64,000 nucleotides of DNA from Basidiobolus meristosporus CBS 931.73 (taxonomy: Eukaryota > Fungi > Basidiobolomycota), in the NCBI GenBank assembly GCA_002104905.1, contig MCFE01000092.1, forward strand, positions 111,584-175,583, given 5' to 3'. The notes below the pieces were generated by a model, which worked only from the letters and a program-made list of their open reading frames with translations, was not told the origin of the DNA and ran no database searches. The translations under genes were made by a program, and so were the position numbers. Shown piece by piece: positions 54,896 through 63,166 of the stretch (position 1 is the first letter of the stretch; the number at the start of each line of letters is the position of its first letter).

Positions 54896-56928
54896 CTAGA
54901 ATTTATATGGAAGAGTGGTATTTGTGTACTTGCCTGTCCACTCAAGAATCTCCTTATGCCATCGAAGAGAGTTGGCTGGCTTCAGTACCCAGTGAGTCTC
55001 ATCGGGGAAATAAAGCAACCGAGAGGGAATTCCTTGACGTTGCAAGGCTGTGAAGACAGATAAGCCTTGTCCATCCACTATCCTGTAGTCATGCCCGTTG
55101 TGGATAACCAAGGTGGGCGTTTTCCAATTCTTCACGTACCGAGCGGGGGAGAATTTCTCATAAGTTTTAGCTTTATCCCAAGGCAATCCGCCGAATTCGC
55201 TTTCCATGAAGTACAGCTGGTCAATGGTGTAGTAGTTGCTTGTGGGGTCAAAGATACCTCCATGGCTGATCAGGCAGCTGAAGCGATTGGTCTGACCGTT
55301 GATCCAATTGATCATGTAACCGCCATAGCTAGCGCCCCAGGCACAGGATCGATTTCTGTCAATGAACGGGTACTTCTCCAAGGCGAAATCCAGTCCTCTC
55401 ATCAAATCCTCGTAGGGCAGGGAGCCCCAATTACCCAGGACAGACTCGGTAAATTTCTGGCCATAGCCATCGGAGCCATGGAAATTGATATTAATCAGCA
55501 CGTAGCCGGCAGATGGAGGGATCTGATAGTTCCAGCGGTTGCTCCATGCGTCGCCAAATGACATCTCAGGGCCACCGTGAATCCAAAAGGCCAACGGGTA
55601 CTTCTTGCTTGCATCAAAATCTCTTGGCTTCAATATAAATCCTTGAACCATTTCCTCCCGACTGCCTTTGAACCAAAAGTATTCTGGTTCGGAGGTGTGG
55701 ACACCCGCCATAGCCTTATCATTGATGTGGGTGATCTGTTTCAGCTCACTGCCATCGGTCTTGATGGTGAATAGCTCGCTGGGATGGGTCATGGAATGCT
55801 GATTCAACAAAAGCGTGTCATTACCGATCACAGCCACAACGCTGGATGTGTGCTGTTTAGTGAGCTCTTTAAGGGCTCGGGTCGCAAGATCAATGGAGTA
55901 CACCTTGGTTTGCGATTTGTCAGCTGCCGTTACAAACACTGTTTTGGAGTCGGGGGAGAAAGTCAATTGGCTGGCGCTTGAATCCCATTTCTCGGTCACA
56001 TACGAGATCTTTTCAGTCTCCCGGTCGTAGAGGGTGACGATAGCTCGGTCCGCTTCGTTAATAGGATTCAGCATCTGCAGCCAAGCAAGGTATCTTCCAT
56101 CGGGAGAATACCTGGGGAAAGTAATGGCTCCCTTATCGCCTTTTGTTAGGGCCCTGGGGACAGCTTGACCACTGGTAGGCACAACAAATATATCGACTGT
56201 GGTATGCCACGCTACTTGGTTGTTATTGGGACGGGAGAGGAAGGCCACTTCGGCACCATCAGGGGATATTATAAAATCATTGGCGTCCCCAAAGGGCTTT
56301 ACGGGGGTGTCCAGGCCTGGCGTCTCTTTCATCAAATCAATGGCGTTATAGCCAGGTTGGCACCTATGGTGGCCACATGTAAGATGCTGATGTGTGTAAT
56401 CATACCAAGTATCCCAGGATGCGCGTGAAGAGTTTATCATAGGCCAATCCAGTGTCAAAGCCTTTATTCAGATCCTTGACAGGAACACCAGTGGTAAACA
56501 GCAACTGGTTGGAGTCGGGGTGAAAAATGCCATTGTTGACCTCGTCGTAAGTAAAGTTTGTTCGCTGGACTGGCGTGCTATTAGCATCGTTCGGGTCGAC
56601 TGCCCATAGATTGGGCTTGCCTGATTTGTAGGAGATGAAGCCAAGCGATGCATCATTCAGCCAGACTGGGTTTCCAAAATCATTGCCAACAATGTCAGTG
56701 ATGCTTCGAGCCATCCCTGTCTTTATGTCCAACAGACTTGTACTGGACGTTCTTTTGTTAGTGTCTGGATTGTAACGAATCTCGCTCCATACCTACGTAT
56801 CTACCGTTGGGTGAGGCTGCGATGTCGTACGGCCGGGCCATGGTTACCAAGTCCACCGGGGTAAAGGGCCTTAAACAATATGCTCCTTGCATGGCCGTTA
56901 ATAGCCCAATAAATGCCGTTAGCTTCAT
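54896..56928 (-). pseudogene. Secreted S9 prolyl oligopeptidase / dipeptidyl-peptidase V-like gene with two apparent +1 frameshifts (pseudogene or sequence error)
   Basis: Signal peptide plus FTPVDLVTMARP. Catalytic motifs intact (GASYGG, HNGHDYR, DETH). Frame breaks at ~56790 (TAC GTA G GTA TGG) and ~56420 (YDKLFTR then WDTW in the next frame). Confidence 0.7.
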
Positions 56929-57661
56929 GTCGAACGAATAGTAGAAGTAGCGGTTGTAATTTGCATTGGTTGCTTTGCGCTTTTATACAGAAGACTCAGC
57001 TTTGCTTAGTAATTGTTTCTCAACGTCACAAATGGCAAGTCCAATCTTAAGCTTTGCTCATGGCCTAAACCAGTATTAACACTTCAATATAGTAAGTAGA
57101 AGCAGGTATTACAAGCGTAGTGTAATTGTTGTATTGCTGTCGTGAGTAGAATCTACCCTAGCAGTAACCAATCGCTTGAATCCGGCTTCATTTTTGCTAC
57201 GTCTTCTGCAGTGATCTTCCAGACAATATGCTTGCTTATGCTAATAACAGGTATGGCTGCAGTCTGACTAAGAAGTAGTCTCTATTCTGGGTTGTGTAAC
57301 ACTGAAATACTTTGATATGGTTCAATTGTCTGCACTCACAAATCTACCTCTCCTGTGTTGTGTGAAGTTGGTAGAGTTGGCTCTAGAGATGCTCTGATAT
57401 GCACAGAGCATCTTTCTTCTGTTACTCTGGAGTATCTGCAGCACTTCACTGAGGCATTTTGCAAGGTCATTGCAAGTGTTAGGCTTCTATGACCAAATAC
57501 AAGCTTCAGTTGTTACAGGCAAAGGTACATTGAAACTGGTAGAATTCTAGATGTTCATTAGCTTTGATGTCACAAAGTAATAGACTCAATCATTGAAGGA
57601 TTGATTATACTCCTAAGATAGTCTAAGGGTGCCTGCTTGTAGCTCCCACTGGAGTATCTTG

Positions 57662-57900
57662 TATTGTAAGAGTTTTGAAGATATTAGAAGTGATTTAAAG
57701 AATATGTTGATTACATGGTTGTCATTTGATAATTTTTTGAATATAAAAGTAGTATTTATACTTTTACATGGTCTTCATAAGGGAAACATGTAGAGTATAT
57801 TTAGAAATGTCCTAAGAGCATTTGTGAAGAGTTCCTGGCTGCTTGGACAACTAACCAGTTTCTATGTTCTGGGCACAGATATTTTGATGAAAGTTATGAG
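57662..57900 (-). repeat. Older, diverged partial copy of the copia LTR
   Basis: Colinear with 57942-58180 at a 280-bp offset, differing mostly by transitions. End coordinate approximate. Confidence 0.7.
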
Positions 57901-57941
57901 TTCTCACAAAACAGAGAACATACAAGATGGGTCATTGATAG

Positions 57942-58290
57942 TGTTGTAAGAGTCTTGGAGATATTGGAAGTGATTTGGAGAACAAGTAGATTATGTGGTT
58001 TTCACTTAATGATTTATTGAATGTAAAAGTAGCCTTAATACTTTTACCTGGTCTTGGCATTATAAACACGTAGAATAGGTTAATGAAGGTCCCAAGAACA
58101 TGTGTGCAAAGTTTGGGGCTGTTTGGACAACTTCGAGAATTCTCATGTTCTGGGTACCTGGTATTTTGGTGAAAATATTCCAAGTAAATCCCAACAAGGA
58201 ATTTGGTCAGTATTCTCTAGGATTTGAGGGTAATGATTTAAGTGACTAAGTTAGGTGAATATTTAGGTGGAATAACAAATTTTTACAACA
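57942..58290 (-). mobile_element. Ty1/copia 3' LTR, 349 bp
   Basis: Perfect 8-bp terminal inverted repeats TGTTGTAA..TTACAACA, immediately preceded on the minus strand by the polypurine tract GAGTGGGAG and the pol stop codon. Confidence 0.85.
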
Positions 58291-58301
58291 CTCCCACTCA
58301 G

Positions 58302-58670
58302 CTAAATGTCCATACTGACTAGTCCTAATTTTGACCTAAGATATTCAAACTTGTTTCTAGCTAATGGTTTGGTAAATATGTCTGCAATCATTTCATCTGT
58401 AGGACAGTAAACTAAGCTAACTAAGTTATTCTCTATAGCTTCACATATGAAATGATGTCTAATATCTATGTGCTTGGTTCTAGCATGAAAAGTTGGATTT
58501 CTACCTAATTGTATACATCCTTGATTATCTTGAAATAAAGTAACAGGCGTTTTTTGACATAGGCCTAAATCTGTAAAGAGTTTTCTTAACCATATTGCTT
58601 CTTTTGTTGCTTCACAGGCTGCCATATACTCTGCCTCTGTAGTAGAAAGTGCTACAGTTGGTTGCTTTCT
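58302..58670 (-). mobile_element. Ty1/copia pol C-terminal fragment (RNase H), truncated on its 5' side by the LINE array
   Basis: RKQPTVALSTTEAEYMAACEATKEAIWLRKL..FQDNQGCI..FHARTKHIDIRHHFI.E..YCPTDEMIADIFTKPL is the canonical copia RNase H. Nothing upstream of RKQ remains. Confidence 0.92.
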
Positions 58671-58740
58671 TAGGGGGTTAGGGGGGAGACAGTCACCAAC
58701 AGGTGAAATCTTTATTCCAGTTGAAACAAAGAAGCCAGCG

Positions 58741-61509
58741 CTACTGTTGTAGCTTTGATACAAGAGTATGTAGCTGAGGGGAATTTGTAGGTAAGTTAAT
58801 CAGAAGTGATGATAGTTCTTCAGTGCTCAAGACACTGTTCAGTGGGAAGGGGGGTAGCAAGAGAGGTAAGAATGACTTGTGAACAACATTAATGAGGGGA
58901 ATGTGATAAGGATTGATATTCATCATAAAGGGAGTGTGCTGCTGCAGATATTGCTGCCAAAGGTCTGTCAAGTACTTCAGGTAGGCCAGCTTGGGTTTTT
59001 CTGACTGCAGAATATAGTGAGCAAACTTCTTGACTTCAGGATCTCCAAGTATAGTTCTCCAGCAGGAGCCAGGTGTTGTGTGGTGTGTTCTCTTCCAGGC
59101 CTTAATCAGTGGGTTGTTGCAGTTGTGAAGTCTGAGGTATAATCTGGTTCTAAGGTAGAGAAGTCTGATCTTATAGGGCATAAACCCAAAAGCACCAAGA
59201 ATAGCATGTCTGTAGGGACATTCAGGCAAATGAGGCACCAAGGAGGTAATGCACCATACTGCAAACTTGTCAAGCTTAGTGCAGTCTCTAGAAGTAAGAG
59301 AGAGAAGTGGTAAGCCAAACTCCAGGACAGGGAAGACAAACTGCTTGAGTAGAAGGAGGCAGCTGGGAGCTGAAGTTGTAGGAGGAGTAACAGCCAGTAG
59401 CTTGTGGAGTGCCTGTCTTGCCAGGATAATTCTCTTCTTCAGGTGTGCTCCAGAGTCTAGTCCAGTAGGAAGGAAAGGAAAGCCAAGATATGTAGCAGAA
59501 ACCTGAGCAGGTAGAGTGGAGTTCTCCAAGTTGATGGGAGAGCCCAAAGGTACTGTCTTTGCAATGGAAAGCTGGAGATTATTCTTCTGCAGATACTGGT
59601 GGATGGTCTGGGAGTCTTGTTGCACATTGGAGGAGGATATTCTGATGTCATCAGCAAAGAGAGTAACCAGGCAGTCAGCTGAGAGTCTTGGGAAATCATT
59701 CAGGAAGATGGCAAACAGTATAGGACCAAGCACAGAGCCTTGAACCACTCCATTAGGAACTGAGAACACAGCTGATTGCTCACTTGGGTGCAGAATTCTT
59801 GCTTGTGTATCCAGAAACAGAGACCTGACAAGGAGGGTGAGAGAGGTACTGGAGAAGCATTGCAACTTGGACCAAAGCAGATTTCTGTCAACTGAATCAA
59901 AGGCCTTAGTAATATCAAACAGAACAGAGGGATACTTGCTCTGGAGAGAGTGATCTTGGCTAAGTATGACTGCATATTCCAAGGAGAGGCCAGGAACAAA
60001 GCCAAACTGTGCAGGATGAAACTTGAGGGAGTCAGAGTAGAGCTCCTGAGCTAGCAGAAGCTCAAACACCTTTCTGCAGGTGGGCAGCAGAGATATTGGC
60101 CTGTAGGAGCTAGGATCCAGGTGCTTTCCTTTACCCTTGTACAGTGGCAGAACATTTGCAAAGGACCATTCCTCAGGAGTAGAAAGCTGGGCTGAGCATT
60201 GCTGAAACAGTGGAAGCAGAAGTGCAGACATGGCAATGGTACTAGTCTTCAGAAGCTCATAAGAGATTGTGTCCACACCTGGAGCAGTAGAGTTGGGAAG
60301 CCTCTTGAGCACATCATGGATTCTCCTTTGATCAAGTGCAAGTGGGATGGGCAGAGTCTTGAAGTCAGGATGAAAGCCAGGAGTTGAGTACTGCTTTGTA
60401 GAGAAGAAGATGTTAGCCAGCTGTTCTGTTGAAGGTAACTTCCTGGAAGAGAGCCTCATTGCCCTGTAGAGTCTTGATACTATTCTTGTTAAAGAGTTGG
60501 AAGATTGCAGAGGCAAGGAACTCATAATATGATCCCAGAGCTGAGTATGCAGAGTGTGGTGAATTGCCTTGGAGTGGTGTATGGCTGTCAGGAGGAGTTT
60601 CTCTGTTTTTGGGTTAGGGAAACTCAGGTAGCTTTGTTGCAGGGCTGAAACAATGGATTCCCATTTTCTTGAGGTAACAGCAGTAGTCTTGCATGGCAGT
60701 GAGAGGGAGGCAGACACCAGAATCAGATGCTTCACAAAGAGCCAGGCATAGTTGAGATCATCTGGCAGAGAAAGTAGCAAACTGGCAAGCTTCAAGTAGT
60801 TCCCAAAGTCTTTCTTCTGATTCTTGGTAGCTTTGTGGGTGAGCACAGTAAGTTTTGGCAGCTTCTCCTTCACAACTGGTTGCATAGAAAGGGACCAGGC
60901 TGGGTGGTCAGAGGCTCTCAAGGATCCTAGCTCAGCTCCAGAGAATTGCTTAACTTCATCCACAAAGTAGAGGGCAGCAGCAGAAGGGCAGATCCAGTCA
61001 ACACATCTTTTCTCAGATTGAGCACCTAGTGCTAGCAGATGGCTTTCTCTCAGGAAGTTCAGTAGGAATGTTGACCTTGGCTTCATTCTTGCATTCAGAG
61101 TAGTCTTGTTCTCAGGATGGGGAATGTTGAGATCTCCAAGCAAGATAGCAGGTGTTGATATAGATTGCAGGTATTGCTGAACTTTCTGGCATATAACTTG
61201 CACTTCCTGAAGGGCAAGACTTGGAGGCAGATAGCAGAGCACCAGACTGATAGTTGGCAACTGGAGAGCAGCACAGTAAGGGGAGTAAAGAGGAACACAG
61301 AGCTGAGGAGTATTGATGGTAGAAGAGATGAAGCAGATAGAGGAGGTATTCTTTGTTCTAGGAGTAGAAAAGCAATATAGATTAGTCAAAAGTATAGAGG
61401 GTAGCTGGACATCAATCAAACACAGGAGGGTAAATCTTGAAAGAAGTCTCTCTAGAGTTGGTCTTGATGGCTGTATGCTGTTGCAGTTAAGCAACAGAAC
61501 TTCAGGTAG
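58741..61509 (-). CDS. LINE ORF2: APE-type endonuclease + non-LTR reverse transcriptase; no initiating AUG
   Basis: APE motifs LLNCNS, LCYLPP, LLGDLN, CVDWI and SDH. RT motifs APGVDTISYELLK, SYRPISLLPTCRKVFE, FDITKAFDSV, GVVQGSVLGPILF, LFADD and TYLGF. No RNase H or CCHC recognised at the C-terminus. Confidence 0.92.
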   Translation of the reverse strand, partial: LPEVLLLNCNSIQPSRPTLERLLSRFTLLCLIDVQLPSILLTNLYCFSTPRTKNTSSICFISSTINTPQLCVPLYSPYCAALQLPTISLVLCYLPPSLALQEVQVICQKVQQYLQSISTPAILLGDLNIPHPENKTTLNARMKPRSTFLLNFLRESHLLALGAQSEKRCVDWICPSAAALYFVDEVKQFSGAELGSLRASDHPAWSLSMQPVVKEKLPKLTVLTHKATKNQKKDFGNYLKLASLLLSLPDDLNYAWLFVKHLILVSASLSLPCKTTAVTSRKWESIVSALQQSYLSFPNPKTEKLLLTAIHHSKAIHHTLHTQLWDHIMSSLPLQSSNSLTRIVSRLYRAMRLSSRKLPSTEQLANIFFSTKQYSTPGFHPDFKTLPIPLALDQRRIHDVLKRLPNSTAPGVDTISYELLKTSTIAMSALLLPLFQQCSAQLSTPEEWSFANVLPLYKGKGKHLDPSSYRPISLLPTCRKVFELLLAQELYSDSLKFHPAQFGFVPGLSLEYAVILSQDHSLQSKYPSVLFDITKAFDSVDRNLLWSKLQCFSSTSLTLLVRSLFLDTQARILHPSEQSAVFSVPNGVVQGSVLGPILFAIFLNDFPRLSADCLVTLFADDIRISSSNVQQDSQTIHQYLQKNNLQLSIAKTVPLGSPINLENSTLPAQVSATYLGFPFLPTGLDSGAHLKKRIILARQALHKLLAVTPPTTSAPSCLLLLKQFVFPVLEFGLPLLSLTSRDCTKLDKFAVWCITSLVPHLPECPYRHAILGAFGFMPYKIRLLYLRTRLYLRLHNCNNPLIKAWKRTHHTTPGSCWRTILGDPEVKKFAHYILQSEKPKLAYLKYLTDLWQQYLQQHTPFMMNINPYHIPLINVVHKSFLPLLLPPFPLNSVLSTEELSSLLINLPTNSPQLHTLVSKLQQ

Positions 61510-63018
61510 TCAGGCAGAGGTTGTAGCTTCTTCAGAGGCAGCATTGACAATGTGACCTGCAGAGTCCCAGAGCTCTTCAAATGGTGCATCACTTAAGTCA
61601 GCAAGGAGGGAAATGGCATGGTTCTTGAGGAAGTATGCCACATCATAGGAGGGGGCTTGTCTCTTGATGGCAGCAAAGAAAGACAGAATGGCAACATGGG
61701 CTGGAGGCTTGTTGAACAGTAGAGAGTCAGAGGATTCAGATTCTTCAGGCACTATCTTGAAGTCAGTTTTCAGCCAGTTAAGGTTCTTCTCCACAAAGGC
61801 AACAAATGGGTCAGCAATGTTTTGGTCTAGGATAACCTCCAGAATCTTCCCTTTTCTCCAGGCCAGGTTGACAATTCTTGAGAGCTGAATATTGCATGCC
61901 TTGAGTGCTCTCCTGATGTTGGAAATGGGAGTCCAGGGAACTTGCTTCAAGTACACCACAGTCCAGGTAGAAGCTGGTGGTAGGTTTGCTGGGGGCTTGT
62001 AAGTCCTTCTGTGTGGCAATGGAGCTGCAGTAGTCAGATTGGAGTCCACATTCTCAGTAGAGGGTTTTCTTGATGTGTCTTGCTGAATGGTACTGGAGCT
62101 GGATGTGCTGATAATTCTTGCTAGAACCTTGCCTGCATAAGTCTGAGGCATAGCTGAGGTGACTGTAGAGGTGGTGGCAGCTGGTGCAGGTGGAGAGGCA
62201 GAAACTGAAGCAGGAACTGAGGTCACCTGGGAGAAGGCAGTAGAAGCAGGTTTTCTGGGAGGAACAGAGTTCACTATCCAGTTGTTCTGTAAAACACTGG
62301 AGTAGCTTTTCTGTTGAACAGGATCTTGCTCTTGAACAGGAACAGAAGCAGGAGGCTGGGGCTGAGCAGTAGTGGTAAGGCAGTGGCACTCCAAGGAAGC
62401 TTTTTGCAAGGCATCTCTGGCAGTTTTCAGGGCAGTATTGGCTTCATTCTTGAGCTTCTTGCATTGGGCATCCAGTCTCTTGTTTTCAATAGCCAGGGCA
62501 GTATTGGCAGCCTCTAAATCAGCAATTCTCTTCTCAATTGCAAGGAATCTCTGAAGAAATGCATCAGTAGAAGTGCTGGCATCTGGGAGAGCAGTGGCAG
62601 GAATAGAGTCCATTGACAGTGGGCTTCTTGGAGGCAAGGAAAGTGGACTGGCAGATTCAGGCACAAAAGGAGATATCCTGGCAGGAGGAGAAGGAGTATC
62701 CAAGGCAGTAACAGAGGCAATTCTTGTTGGTGAAGCAGCAGCAGGGGAGGCAAGCCTGTTCAGAAACTGGGCAGGAGAGAGTGCTTGAGGAGAGGGAGTC
62801 TTCAGCTTGCCAAGCATGTCTTCCATCAGAGTGATACCAATATTCCTGGTGCATTTGCAGAGAAAAGTAAGCTTCCTGAGTCTGCCAGCTCTTCCATTCC
62901 TTCTGATAGTTCCTTTGTTTCCACAGTTGGGGCAAGAAATCTTCTTGACAGACTTGTCAAAGCAATCAAGAACCTTCCTTTCAGGTGTAGTGGGCTCCTG
63001 TTGAGGTTTTGGTGGCAT
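61510..63018 (-). CDS. LINE ORF1, 502 aa from ATG 63018: N-terminal Cys4 zinc ribbon, Ser/Pro-rich linker, coiled coil, C-terminal RRM-like domain
   Basis: CPNC-x21-CKC; heptad region FLAIEKRIADLEAANTALAIENKRLDAQCKKLK; WTVVYLKQVPWTPISNIRRALKACNIQLSRIVNLAW. The ORF track's TTG start at 63045 is upstream of the ATG. Confidence 0.8.
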   Translation of the reverse strand: MPPKPQQEPTTPERKVLDCFDKSVKKISCPNCGNKGTIRRNGRAGRLRKLTFLCKCTRNIGITLMEDMLGKLKTPSPQALSPAQFLNRLASPAAASPTRIASVTALDTPSPPARISPFVPESASPLSLPPRSPLSMDSIPATALPDASTSTDAFLQRFLAIEKRIADLEAANTALAIENKRLDAQCKKLKNEANTALKTARDALQKASLECHCLTTTAQPQPPASVPVQEQDPVQQKSYSSVLQNNWIVNSVPPRKPASTAFSQVTSVPASVSASPPAPAATTSTVTSAMPQTYAGKVLARIISTSSSSTIQQDTSRKPSTENVDSNLTTAAPLPHRRTYKPPANLPPASTWTVVYLKQVPWTPISNIRRALKACNIQLSRIVNLAWRKGKILEVILDQNIADPFVAFVEKNLNWLKTDFKIVPEESESSDSLLFNKPPAHVAILSFFAAIKRQAPSYDVAYFLKNHAISLLADLSDAPFEELWDSAGHIVNAASEEATTSA

Positions 63019-63087
63019 ATCCAGAGTTTCAGCTTCAAATTTCAATTTTTGAGATTTTTGGGTGATTTTTGATGGGCGGGATCAAAA

Positions 63088-63101
63088 TTAGGGTTAGGGT
63101 T
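63088..63101 (+). repeat. Telomere-type repeat TTAGGGTTAGGGTT inside the LINE 5' region
   Basis: Read directly, 70 nt upstream of the ORF1 ATG. Confidence 0.9.
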
Positions 63102-63140
63102 GCGCGCTGTGACTGCTTTTTACGATCGCAAGGTCAGAAC

Positions 63141-63166
63141 CTAGGAAAAAATAAAAATAGTTAGTA
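63141..63166 (-). other. Strong 3' splice acceptor (TACTAAC + T-rich tract + TAG) in the LINE 5' region
   Basis: Minus strand reads TACTAAC TATTTTTATTTTTTCC TAG. No canonical donor seen nearby. Confidence 0.65.

Noticed and set aside
58671-58763. N-terminal part (MYQSYNSS..CLPPNP) of the 153-aa ORF 58302-58763
   Set aside because: It is the LINE 3'UTR read in frame with the copia fragment, so the ORF is a chance chimera and not a real protein.
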